Shown here: positions 50,349 through 59,206 of the stretch, one piece after another | Layout: every line of letters starts with the position of its first letter | Numbering within the stretch: position 1 is the first letter of the stretch | Assembly (NCBI GenBank): GCA_025350595.1 | Contig: JANXXP010000353.1 | Location: 1 to 59,206 of the forward strand | DNA from: Bacteroidota bacterium | GTDB lineage: Bacteria; Bacteroidota; Bacteroidia; Bacteroidales; VadinHA17 | Length of the DNA: 59,206 nucleotides | Direction: 5' to 3' | Translations under genes and position numbers: made by a program | Notes under the pieces: generated by a model | Database searches by the model: none | Seen by the model: only the letters and a program-made list of their open reading frames with translations | Told to the model about the DNA's origin: nothing

Positions 50349-52754
50349 ATGAATTGGAAAAGTAAATTTAAGGAGGGAATGTACTTGCATATTCCAGCTT
50401 TAAGCTGGCTATCAGATTATTCCCTATCTCTTTTTGGAAAGGATGCAGTGTCGGGGCTTACATTGACAGCCTATGCAATTCCAGTATCACTGGCTTATTC
50501 AACACTTGCTGGTCTGCCTCCGCAATATGGCATCTACGGTTATCTTATAGGAGGATTATTTTATGCCATGCTGGGATCAGCCAAACAGCTTGCAATCGGG
50601 CCAACTTCTGCAATTTCAATGCTTATAGGGGTGACCCTTGCCAAACTTTCAGGTGGTGACATACAGCGATGGATCGATCTTGCATCCTTGTCGGCATTTG
50701 TTTTTGCGGGCATGAGTGTACTGTCATATATTCTACACCTTAGCAGTATAATAAATTTTATCAGTGAAACAGTTCTGGTCGGTTTTAAAGCCGGCGCGGC
50801 CATAACAATTGGTCTAACCCAGTTGCCCAAACTTTTTGGTGTTGCATCAGGAGGCGATAGTTTTATAAGCCGTTTAGCTGCTCTTTATCACCAGATTCCG
50901 GGTACAAATATTTATGTTCTTATTTTTGGCATTATTGCAATTGCTTTCTTGATAGCAGGGGATAAATTGCTCCCCGGGAAACCTATTGTAATTGTTGTTG
51001 TGGCTTTATCTGTCCTGGTTATTTCATTTACTTCGCTTGGATCATTGGGCTTTAAAACGGTTGGAATTATTCCCAGTGGCTTACCAAAACTGCACTTTCC
51101 GGTACTTGATTTGAAAGATATAGGAAACATTCTCCCGCTTGCATTCGCCTGTTTTATACTTGCTTATATTGAAAGTGTATCAGCAGCAAAAACACTTGCT
51201 CAAAAAAATGGCTATGATATCGATGCCAGACAGGAACTGCTTGCACTGGGGGTTGCCAACCTTGCAACATCATTAGGAAATGGATTTCCGGTCAGTGGAG
51301 GATTATCGCAATCTGCAGTTAATGAAAAAGCTGGTGCACAGACCCCTGTTTCAATCGTTTTTACATCAGGGTTTATTGCTATTTGTCTTTTGTTTCTGAC
51401 AGGCTTACTTAAAAACCTGCCAACTGTTATTCTTGCTGCTATTGTAATTGTTGCAATTAAAGGACTTGTTGACATTAAGGAAATGAAACGATTATTTAAA
51501 GTAAACCGTTTCGATTTCGTAATCGCAATGACAGCATTATTCAGTGTTATTATCTTTGGAATATTACAGGGAGTGCTTATAGGAGCACTTTTCTCATTGG
51601 TTCTTATAATCAGAAGTGTATCGAGCCCTCATGTTGCATTTCTGGGTAGAATTCCCGGAACAAACAGATATACAGATATAAAAAGGCATCCCGATAATGA
51701 ATTGTTACCCGGAGTGCTCTTGTTCAGGGTAGAATCGGAACTGGTATATTTTAATGTGGCATATATTTACAGGGTTGTTTGGGCTAAAATATTGGAATCA
51801 GGTTCGTCGCTAAGAGTTGTAATATTCGATTTAAGTACATCGGCGAACATTGATTCCAGCGGTGCCCGGCTGATAAAGCGGCTTTATGATAATCTTGAAG
51901 CCAGAGGTATTGCTTTTAAGGTGGCTGAAGCACATTCTGAAGTCCGCGACACTTTAAGATTTGAAGATATTGAGCATTTACTCGGACATGTGAGCCGGCG
52001 CGACACGCTTCACGACATAGTTGTTAACGCCGTAGGTGAAAGTGAACCGGATATTCTAAAAGCGCCGGTTAAGCCAAAAACACTTCTTCCTCCTGAAATT
52101 ATTTCGCATATCATTTTGGGGAACAACTACTTTAAAGAAACCCATCCAAAAGAATATTTCGAAAGTTTCAGTTTCGAGCAAAAGCCTTATATTACACTTG
52201 TTACGTGTTCTGATTCAAGGGTACCGCTGAATGCAATGATGCCAGATACTTCCAACAGAGTTTTTTCAATACAAAATATTGGCAACCAGATATTATCTAC
52301 AGAAGGGTCAGTCGATTTTGGTATTTATCATCTGAAAACACCCATCTTGTTTTTTCTCGGTCACTCCGATTGCGGAGCTATTAAATCGTATCTGAAAGGA
52401 TTCGACAGAGAATCGTATGAGATTAAACATGAACTCGACTTTTTGCAGCCAATTATTAAAGAATATTCGGAAAATAAAGATTCAGGTAAACTTGAATCAC
52501 ATGTTATTGAGAAGAATCTCGATTACCAGGTGAACATAGCCTGCAAAAAATACAAGGACCTGATCCAATCCGGACAACTTACAATTATGGCTGGTTTCTA
52601 CGATTTCAAGGGGGAATTTGGAAAAGGAATGGGTGATATAGTTATTGTAAATGTCAACAGGCATAAAGATATTGAAGAGATGCGTAACCTTCCTTTGTTC
52701 TCATACCTATCAGCAGCTCAAAAAGAGTTACATATAGGCAGGCTGCCTGATTAG
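50349..52754 (+). CDS. SulP (SLC26) anion transporter - STAS - beta-carbonic anhydrase fusion
   Basis: SulP motifs IPVSLAY..AGLPPQYGIY, GPTSA, QELLALGVAN; STAS LVYFN..DLSTSANIDSSG; beta-CA Zn ligands CSDSRV and GHSDCGA. Confidence 0.9.
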   Translation: MNWKSKFKEGMYLHIPALSWLSDYSLSLFGKDAVSGLTLTAYAIPVSLAYSTLAGLPPQYGIYGYLIGGLFYAMLGSAKQLAIGPTSAISMLIGVTLAKLSGGDIQRWIDLASLSAFVFAGMSVLSYILHLSSIINFISETVLVGFKAGAAITIGLTQLPKLFGVASGGDSFISRLAALYHQIPGTNIYVLIFGIIAIAFLIAGDKLLPGKPIVIVVVALSVLVISFTSLGSLGFKTVGIIPSGLPKLHFPVLDLKDIGNILPLAFACFILAYIESVSAAKTLAQKNGYDIDARQELLALGVANLATSLGNGFPVSGGLSQSAVNEKAGAQTPVSIVFTSGFIAICLLFLTGLLKNLPTVILAAIVIVAIKGLVDIKEMKRLFKVNRFDFVIAMTALFSVIIFGILQGVLIGALFSLVLIIRSVSSPHVAFLGRIPGTNRYTDIKRHPDNELLPGVLLFRVESELVYFNVAYIYRVVWAKILESGSSLRVVIFDLSTSANIDSSGARLIKRLYDNLEARGIAFKVAEAHSEVRDTLRFEDIEHLLGHVSRRDTLHDIVVNAVGESEPDILKAPVKPKTLLPPEIISHIILGNNYFKETHPKEYFESFSFEQKPYITLVTCSDSRVPLNAMMPDTSNRVFSIQNIGNQILSTEGSVDFGIYHLKTPILFFLGHSDCGAIKSYLKGFDRESYEIKHELDFLQPIIKEYSENKDSGKLESHVIEKNLDYQVNIACKKYKDLIQSGQLTIMAGFYDFKGEFGKGMGDIVIVNVNRHKDIEEMRNLPLFSYLSAAQKELHIGRLPD

Positions 52755-52761
52755 TATAATA

Positions 52762-52789
52762 AAAGAAACCGGCTTTTGCCGGTCTCTTT
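52762..52789. terminator. Bidirectional terminator between convergent genes
   Basis: AAAGAAACCGGC-tttt-GCCGGTCTCTTT. Confidence 0.75.
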
Positions 52790-52796
52790 ATTTAAG

Positions 52797-53087
52797 TTAC
52801 TGAGTAACAACCTTATCTTCTTCCCTGCATTCGTGTCTGAATTTATCGTGGTATTTACCTTTCCACTCCCTGTGTCCATGGCGGTTATGACCTGGCGCTA
52901 TGCCGGTAAGAAGTATTTTTGAAAGGAGAAATAGCCCGGCTGTCTGCCAATAACTTAGAACAGGTCCGTGGAATAAAGAAGGGATAAGTCCGTTCCACAG
53001 GAGCATAACAAGATAGATACACAGGAATACAAAACCTATTCCAAGTATCCCGAATCCAATGTACTTCAAAACTTTTAATGTTTTCAT
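52797..53087 (-). CDS. Small membrane protein co-transcribed with the ECF sigma factor
   Basis: Two hydrophobic segments, VMLLWNGLIPSLF..LSYWQTAGLFLLSKILL, His/Arg-rich tail; starts 1 nt after the sigma stop codon. Confidence 0.8.
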   Translation of the reverse strand: MKTLKVLKYIGFGILGIGFVFLCIYLVMLLWNGLIPSLFHGPVLSYWQTAGLFLLSKILLTGIAPGHNRHGHREWKGKYHDKFRHECREEDKVVTQ

Positions 53088-53088
53088 T

Positions 53089-53649
53089 TTAATTTTCTTT
53101 TAACAGTTTATATAATTCATTTAATTTCTCCCTAAGAGCAAGTACTGCGTATCTTTTCCGCGAGATGAGGGTATTGATTCCAATACCTGTTTTTGCAGAT
53201 ATCTCTTTAAAACTAAGATCCTCAAATTCGTTTGCAACAAATACCTTTCTTTGCTCTTCAGGCATTTCTGACAAAGTCTCTTCGATAGCTTCCCATATCA
53301 GCTCTTTTATTTCTTCATCTTCCGGTCTTGATCCAAGGGAGGGTAGAATCTCCTGGAGAGTGAGTGGGCCATCTTCTTCGTTTTTTGCGTTTTCACTGTA
53401 ACTGATGGTAACGGGTCTCTTTTTCCGGAAGAGATCTGTGATACGGTTATCGGCTACTCTATAGAGCCATGCAGTCAGACTTTCGATCCTCCTGATATCC
53501 TGAAAGCCAACGGTGAGCTGGTAGAAGACATCCTGCAGAATATCCTCAGCTTCAACATGATCGGGGATTCTGTTTCTTATATAGCCAAGCAGACGCTTCC
53601 GCTCGTCAATATAAACTGCTCCGATTTTTTCCGACTCTTTTGGACTCAT
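53089..53649 (-). CDS. ECF RNA polymerase sigma factor
   Basis: AEDILQDVF, AWLYRVADNRITDLFRK (region 2); MPEEQRKVF..SFKEIS..INTLISRKRYA (region 4). Confidence 0.93.
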   Translation of the reverse strand: MSPKESEKIGAVYIDERKRLLGYIRNRIPDHVEAEDILQDVFYQLTVGFQDIRRIESLTAWLYRVADNRITDLFRKKRPVTISYSENAKNEEDGPLTLQEILPSLGSRPEDEEIKELIWEAIEETLSEMPEEQRKVFVANEFEDLSFKEISAKTGIGINTLISRKRYAVLALREKLNELYKLLKEN

Positions 53650-53669
53650 TTGAAGGTTCTCTATCCCTA

Positions 53670-53696
53670 TAGACGAAACAGGGAAAGTTATATTTT
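53670..53696 (-). promoter_or_regulatory. Possible autoregulatory ECF promoter
   Basis: Minus strand reads AAATAT-N14-CGTCTA about 20 bp before the sigma start; CGT is a common ECF -10 core. Confidence 0.35.
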
Positions 53697-53773
53697 AAAA
53701 ATTACACATTTATTTTGTGATTGGAAGAAGAAAATATAATTGGATTTAATTCAGATTTGTTTTAATTTAGAAA

Positions 53774-54295
53774 ATGATAAAATTTGTATTCATTGCTTCA
53801 CTTTTATTATTCTGTTTCGTTTCATACAGGGGTGAAGAATCCAAAGAACAGGAAAGAACCAGATACCTCTTTGTCGGGGCTGAAAAATGTGCCAGTGTTT
53901 GTCATAATAACGAAAAGCTTGGCTATCAATATAAGATCTGGAATGGCAGCTCTCACAAAGATGCCTTTAATATTCTTGATTCAAAAAAGGGAAAGAAATT
54001 TGCAAAACAAGCACATTTATCAGAAAATCCGCAGGAAAGCAGGGTATGTCTTAAATGCCATGTAACTGGAGGAGATCTTGACTCATCGTACTTCGCTGCT
54101 ACTTATAAAAAAGAAGATGGAGTTACCTGTGAAGAATGCCACAAGAATATATCTGATGGCAAAACCGTTCTTCCGACTGAAACAGACTGCTTAAAGTGTC
54201 ATAATGAGTCACTTCATAAAATACGCGAATTCAATTTCAGGAAAGACTCTGCAAGAATTTTACACAAACGACCGAAAGTTCATCTTCCTGAATAG
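53774..54295 (+). CDS. Exported multiheme cytochrome c (c554-like), 3 CxxCH + 1 CxxxCH
   Basis: Signal peptide; FVGAEKCASVCH, QY..W..SSH, CLKCH, GVTCEECH, CLKCH. Confidence 0.87.
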   Translation: MIKFVFIASLLLFCFVSYRGEESKEQERTRYLFVGAEKCASVCHNNEKLGYQYKIWNGSSHKDAFNILDSKKGKKFAKQAHLSENPQESRVCLKCHVTGGDLDSSYFAATYKKEDGVTCEECHKNISDGKTVLPTETDCLKCHNESLHKIREFNFRKDSARILHKRPKVHLPE

Positions 54296-54336
54296 GTGAA
54301 AGCGCGTTAAAATGTCAGTCCCTAAATTGACTCAAA

Positions 54337-54531
54337 TTATTTCAACGGTTTATATTTCTTCGAAACTTCAATGATTGCATCTGAAATCAGCTTATCCTTA
54401 ATTCTTCCCTGATACTTTTTAGTTACTTCTAATAATTCTGTTATTAATTATTGTTTCAAGGTATAGTCGCCAGCTTTATCAAATGGAGATTCATCTGCAA
54501 TCCATTCTCCTCTCCAGTTAAAAGGGCTCAT
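54337..54531 (-). pseudogene. Small gene with a single in-frame TAA (not in ORF track)
   Basis: MSPFNWRGEWIADESPFDKAGDYTLKQ*LITELLEVTKKYQGRIKDKLISDAIIEVSKKYKPLK*, internal TAA at 54448-54450; ATG 13 bp after the esterase stop. Confidence 0.5.
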
Positions 54532-54544
54532 AATAATTTAGTTT

Positions 54545-55447
54545 TTAGGGTCTGAATACTGTCTTCAATCCACGTGTTAAGGCGCCGGGAAAGACAGAAA
54601 TATGTGTTTCTCCTTTGAATACCTGTGTAATAAATTTAAGGCTATCATATTTGTGTTGCTGTACGATCTGGATAAATTCTTTAGTGGGATCAATTACCCA
54701 GTCTTTATTATCGGAATCACCATAAGCCAGATAGACCATTTTATTCAATTCTTTATGTTTCCTGAAGTAATCAACTTCTGTTTTTAAAATGCTGTTCCTG
54801 TTAAAAAATAATGCGGGAGAAATAATTATATAGCTTTTAAACATTTCCGGTTGAGTAAAAAGCACATAAGAACTTAATAGTGCTCCAAAAGATAAACCCA
54901 TTATTGTATTTGAATCCTCAATCGTCCTATAGTTTTTGTTGATAACCGGGAAGAGCTCATTTTTCATAAAGCCGAGAAATTTGTCTGCCCCGCCGGCATT
55001 TGGGTACTCATAATATGCTGTATCTTCGAACTGCGTATAATCTCTCGCTCTTTTTTCCCACCACACCTGAGTCCCTTTTCCATAACTTATTCCTACGACT
55101 ATAATATTTTTCATCTCCTTGCTCCAGATCAACCAGTCTGTAATTTCTTTTATCATCCCAAATGATTTATCTCCATCCAAAACATATAATACAGGGTAAG
55201 ATCTTTCAGATCGATTGTAACCGATTGGCAGGCTGACCTGAATAATATAATTTTCATCAGGAACATATTTTGAGTCAATTGTAAACTGTTCGGTGTTAGC
55301 AAGGCTGACTTGTTTCACAAGAGGCAGAGAGTCCTGACCTTGCAATCGCAAAGAGCAGATAAAGAATAATATAGGAATCAATGAGGGTAGATAAAATCTC
55401 TTCTTATTACTTAATTTTTGACAGGAAGCTGAATAAGTTACTTTCAT
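54545..55447 (-). CDS. Alpha/beta hydrolase, putative esterase (IroE/Fes-like)
   Basis: YPVLYVLDG, IVVGISY, RARDYT, GGADKFL, nucleophile GLSFG, GETH. Confidence 0.87.
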   Translation of the reverse strand: MKVTYSASCQKLSNKKRFYLPSLIPILFFICSLRLQGQDSLPLVKQVSLANTEQFTIDSKYVPDENYIIQVSLPIGYNRSERSYPVLYVLDGDKSFGMIKEITDWLIWSKEMKNIIVVGISYGKGTQVWWEKRARDYTQFEDTAYYEYPNAGGADKFLGFMKNELFPVINKNYRTIEDSNTIMGLSFGALLSSYVLFTQPEMFKSYIIISPALFFNRNSILKTEVDYFRKHKELNKMVYLAYGDSDNKDWVIDPTKEFIQIVQQHKYDSLKFITQVFKGETHISVFPGALTRGLKTVFRP

Positions 55448-55620
55448 TTTATAGAATTTGTGGCAAATTTAATATTTGATTGAACCCAATTACATCATAA
55501 TGTTATTTATCTTGCTCCAAATTAAAATAAATTGTTTTATTGTTGCAAAATGCTTTGATGTCATGACCAGGAAAAACATCTCTGATGGTGACGTAAAGAT
55601 AAGCTATTAAAGAACTTATA

Positions 55621-57021
55621 ATGGATATGACGAATAATGACGTAAAGCTTAAGAGGCAGATTGGCCTCTTTCCAGCAACAAATATAGTTGTAGCAAATAT
55701 GGTTGGTGCAGGAATATTTACTACATCAGGTCTTCTTATGGCGGGTTTAAACGATCCGCTTCTTATGATGGCATTGTGGGTAGTTGGTGGAATCATTGCA
55801 ATATGCGGAGCACTTTCATACGGGGAACTTGGAGCGGCTATGCCTGAAGCAGGAGGAGAGTATCATTTTCTTTCTAAACTTTACCACCCATTGTTTGGAT
55901 TTTTAAGCGGATGGGTATCCTTCATGGTAGGATTTTCAGCTCCCATTGCGGCATCGGCCCTTGGTTTCAGCGCTTATTTCTGCAGAGCTGTAAATATTGT
56001 ACCTTCCTGGCTGGATAAGGCTGGGATAATAAGTCCTTTATGGACAGGGAAATTGCTTGCCATAGGGATAATACTGATATTCACCTTTATTCATTACCGC
56101 GGAATAAAATACGGAGCAAAAATTCAAAATATTCTTACAGTTCTTAAAGTCGCTCTTATTCTGATACTTATAATTGCCGGATTCACTTCCGGTAAAGGTG
56201 ATATGGGCAACTTCAGCAAAGGAGGTCACATAGCTGCTGGATTTACCGGATGGAAGACCATTGGACTCTCACTGATGTGGATCATGTTCGCGTACAGCGG
56301 CTGGAATGCATCTACCTATCTGGGTGCCGAAATAAAAAATCCGGCAAAAATTCTTCCAAGGTCACTTCTTTATGGCACAGGCATTGTAATATTTCTGTAT
56401 CTGGGACTCAACACATTGTTTATTTATGGAATTGATCCTGAGAAAATGAAAGGGGTACTCTCAGTCGGAGGACTTGCTATGGGCAATCTTTTCGGAAAAT
56501 CTGCCGATATCCTTTTTTCTCTCCTGATAGCATTTGCTCTTTTTTCCTCCCTGAGCGCCTTTATTATTATTGGACCAAGGGTTTATTATTCCATGGCTAA
56601 AGATGGATTGTTTTTCAGATCGGCTGCCAAAATCCATCCAAAATTCAATGTTCCCTCCAATTCAATCCTTCTGCAATGCGTAATTGCAGTTGTACTTGTA
56701 CTTTCAGGGACATTTGAGCAGGTACTTACCTATATGGGTTTTGCTCTTGGAATATTTCCAATACTTACAATCTTTAGTATTATCAAACTGAGAAGGAATA
56801 ATCCTGATGCTATAAGAATGCCTGGTTACCCTGTAACACAGTTTGTATATATTATGACCGGCCTTCTTATCCTTGGACTAGCTTATGCCGACCGTCCCAT
56901 TGAATCCTCAGTAGCCACATTAACAGTTCTTGCAGGGATTCCTGCTTATTATATTTTTAAAAAGAGAAACGGATCTTCTGTTGAAAAACAGGATGTTAAA
57001 AGCGATAGAAAAAACAGTTAA
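55621..57021 (+). CDS. APC-family amino acid permease
   Basis: VANMVGAGIF, YGELGAAMPEAGGEY, FAYSGWN, EIKNPAKILPRS, GPRVYYSMAKDG; ~12 TM segments. Confidence 0.93.
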   Translation: MDMTNNDVKLKRQIGLFPATNIVVANMVGAGIFTTSGLLMAGLNDPLLMMALWVVGGIIAICGALSYGELGAAMPEAGGEYHFLSKLYHPLFGFLSGWVSFMVGFSAPIAASALGFSAYFCRAVNIVPSWLDKAGIISPLWTGKLLAIGIILIFTFIHYRGIKYGAKIQNILTVLKVALILILIIAGFTSGKGDMGNFSKGGHIAAGFTGWKTIGLSLMWIMFAYSGWNASTYLGAEIKNPAKILPRSLLYGTGIVIFLYLGLNTLFIYGIDPEKMKGVLSVGGLAMGNLFGKSADILFSLLIAFALFSSLSAFIIIGPRVYYSMAKDGLFFRSAAKIHPKFNVPSNSILLQCVIAVVLVLSGTFEQVLTYMGFALGIFPILTIFSIIKLRRNNPDAIRMPGYPVTQFVYIMTGLLILGLAYADRPIESSVATLTVLAGIPAYYIFKKRNGSSVEKQDVKSDRKNS

Positions 57022-57035
57022 AACCTAAAGTAAAT

Positions 57036-58211
57036 TTATTTCCTGACTGCGTATAACATGTTGGAATGTTCAGATCTCCAGTTATATCCAAGTGAAAATG
57101 AGATAGGTCTGTATACAGATGTTTGATATGCTTTTTCAAGAGTTGGTTCACTTATATAAGAAAACTCTGTACTGGGTTTGTAATACTTTCCATATAGCTT
57201 AATATCCCATTTCGATTTATCGAATAGGCTGTATGCTATACCTGAGTCGTCCTGAAGAATGGTTGAACTAATCTCGAATACCAAATTTCTGATTTCTTTG
57301 AAGTCAGCTCCATGCATGAGATATGATGCCGCTTTTAAGTAAGTAAATGATTTTGGTAATCCCGATATGTAAGTTTTGAAGCCTTTAGTTTTAGCAAGTC
57401 CTTTATCAGAGATATCGGTTCTGAAATAATATACTGACTTCATTTTTTTATCAGATAATGAATTAAAATTAACTTTAATTCCTGGAACCAAGCCCTTTAT
57501 ATCATTATAATTGTCAAGCGTTTTCATCTTGCCAAGAGAGTCTATACCTACTTTCTCAAAAGAAACTATCTGATGACCTGTTCGTTTAATGAAAAGCGAA
57601 ATAAGTGGAATTGCACCATGTACTTTATTCGTCCTGAGGTCAGTATCCATTGTTTTTGTAATGAAATAGCTGCGTTTGAAAATATCAGTCAATGAATTAT
57701 TAACTGTATTTAGGTAACTGTTCACTGAGTCGGGATGCATACCGCAGATATTTGGTAAATAACCTATTGGCTCCATCGCAATCATAATATATTGGTCAAC
57801 ATCAGGATAGAAAATATTTGCGTTCAAAAAATCTGGACCGGAGAATGGATAAAATACGGTTTTAATACTTTTATTTTTTATTAACTCACTGTCTGCCCAT
57901 GATTTCATTTTTACAAAGCGGAAAGTGTCTGCCCTTGCAAACATTTTATCAAGTTCTTTAGCATAATTAATCCATTTCGATGTTGTATCAAGCCTGGCGT
58001 AGCATTTGTTTTCATTACTGGCATGAATTCCTGCAATGAATGAAGCGAGATCATCAATATCAGTATTTGAAGTAGGGACAATTTTATTTACCGGTGTTTT
58101 TTTAGCTTCTGTTGTCTGTTTAACCTCTTGTCCATTTAGAGGATAATTACATGAAAGAATCAAAACAGCGATTGATAAAAGCACGGATGATTTCAAATTA
58201 TTCAACATCAT
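57036..58211 (-). CDS. Hypothetical exported protein/lipoprotein of unknown function
   Basis: Long ORF with signal peptide (LILSC); motif-like blocks FYPFSGPDFLNA, MEPIG, YLKAASYLMH, ILQDDSGI; start trimmed to ATG 58211. Confidence 0.75.
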   Translation of the reverse strand: MMLNNLKSSVLLSIAVLILSCNYPLNGQEVKQTTEAKKTPVNKIVPTSNTDIDDLASFIAGIHASNENKCYARLDTTSKWINYAKELDKMFARADTFRFVKMKSWADSELIKNKSIKTVFYPFSGPDFLNANIFYPDVDQYIMIAMEPIGYLPNICGMHPDSVNSYLNTVNNSLTDIFKRSYFITKTMDTDLRTNKVHGAIPLISLFIKRTGHQIVSFEKVGIDSLGKMKTLDNYNDIKGLVPGIKVNFNSLSDKKMKSVYYFRTDISDKGLAKTKGFKTYISGLPKSFTYLKAASYLMHGADFKEIRNLVFEISSTILQDDSGIAYSLFDKSKWDIKLYGKYYKPSTEFSYISEPTLEKAYQTSVYRPISFSLGYNWRSEHSNMLYAVRK

Positions 58212-58340
58212 ATAGAATTTTTTAATAACAATTGTAGCCTTAAAACGATTTATAAGTATCACACTTCATTTAAATGATTTTGCATATTTTAATCAATAAT
58301 ACACGTTTCAAATATATGAAGAAAAAAGAAAGAAAGGCAA

Positions 58341-59198
58341 TTACTGCTGCAGGAGGTCGTCGATAATTTGTTTTTCAGAAGCAGTTAAGCTGATAACCTT
58401 ATTAAAGTTTGTCCAATCGGGGTCTGTTCGTTTGACTCCTACCCATGTATAAATGTCGGAATATTTTCCTCCAAACATTAATTTATCCATAGTATAATGC
58501 TTGAAAACATGGACCAGGTTTCCGGAATTGGAATCATATCCTGAAACTGTCGTCCGGATCATCGAGGTATCTTGATTTGACATTAGAATTTTCAACTGTT
58601 GAAGGGCAACTGCATTTTCTTCTCCATCCAGACGAATTTCCAGATACCAGGTTCGTTCTACAAGAGGAGTATTTGCTTCCCGTTTATATAAAGTACGTTT
58701 CTCATTGTTCGCAATCTGAATAAACTCAATTGTTGCAGTACAATCGATTAAGTTTTTACCCTTGTTGCCAACACGTGATGAAAGAAAAATGCGCTGATTT
58801 CTGTACCGGATAAAAAAATTGTCAGTTAACAGGATGTCATTAGGCCTCTGCAAAAATTTATAGGCAAGATAACCTCCGAAAAGTGGAATTAAGGCCAACT
58901 CAAAACATGATTCAAAAAGTACAATTACCTGTCCGGCTCCGGCTTTGGGAATGATATCCCCATATCCGATTGTTGTAAAAGTAACAGCACTAAAATACAG
59001 ATAATCAAGAAAATGAACGGTATTAGATCCTGCTGACGGCTTAAATTCCAATGAATCGAATAAGAAATATAGAACTCCGAAAATCACTGTTAAAATAAGA
59101 TATATAGCCACGCCTTTCAAGACAGCATTTATGATCTGGTTAGACCAAATAAATGAAGCAATATTTTGAACCGGATGTTTAATTTGTCTTAAGTTCAT
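58341..59198 (-). CDS. Two-TM potassium channel with Kir-like cytoplasmic domain
   Basis: YFSAVTFTTIGYGDI selectivity filter between two TM helices, followed by a ~170-aa beta-rich C-terminal domain. Confidence 0.85.
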   Translation of the reverse strand: MNLRQIKHPVQNIASFIWSNQIINAVLKGVAIYLILTVIFGVLYFLFDSLEFKPSAGSNTVHFLDYLYFSAVTFTTIGYGDIIPKAGAGQVIVLFESCFELALIPLFGGYLAYKFLQRPNDILLTDNFFIRYRNQRIFLSSRVGNKGKNLIDCTATIEFIQIANNEKRTLYKREANTPLVERTWYLEIRLDGEENAVALQQLKILMSNQDTSMIRTTVSGYDSNSGNLVHVFKHYTMDKLMFGGKYSDIYTWVGVKRTDPDWTNFNKVISLTASEKQIIDDLLQQ

Positions 59199-59206
59199 AA
59201 CCCGGT

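Noticed and set aside
42110-54450. TAA reassignment or programmed readthrough explaining three in-frame TAA codons
   Set aside because: TAA terminates many intact core genes here (e.g. metG, pgk, kbl), and the methyltransferase also carries a deletion, so decay or sequence error is simpler
186-56435. Dozens of 60-214 aa ORFs in the track that overlap larger genes (e.g. 7170-7814, 23241-23654, 46166-46717)
   Set aside because: They are antisense or off-frame shadows of well-supported genes and show no recognisable motifs

Overview
A 59 kb chromosomal segment from a Bacteroidota, most likely Bacteroidales-type. Support comes from TAnnTTTG -7 promoter elements before many genes and from the porX-tsaE and holB-PSP1-gldH gene orders. 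The first ~42 kb is mostly core genome: a Wbp-type diacetamido-uronic-acid sugar operon with galE and a truncated rfbB, metG, T9SS-linked sprE/porW-porX, Fe-S helpers, trmB, gldH, holB, tpx, pgk, a NarL-type two-component pair, waaA, an Oar-like TonB-dependent receptor, class II RNR, tdh-kbl and gltX. From ~42 kb on it looks accessory. It holds GH2 and GH26 glycosidases, a flavinylation-motif protein, an HsmA-like heme membrane protein, a SulP-STAS-beta-carbonic anhydrase fusion, an ECF sigma factor, a tetraheme cytochrome with a CX3CH motif, an APC permease facing an unknown exported protein, and a KirBac-like K+ channel. Three broken genes there are absent from or truncated in the ORF track. 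Many intergenic spaces contain palindromic 7-10 bp repeat elements, one GTAG-type REP palindrome and one MITE-like element. I saw no rRNA, tRNA, CRISPR array, transposase or prophage. I cannot demonstrate a new system from sequence alone. The best candidates are the SulP-CA fusion, the extracytoplasmic redox genes, the permease/unknown-protein pair and the dispersed repeat family. All product calls come from motif recognition, not database searches.
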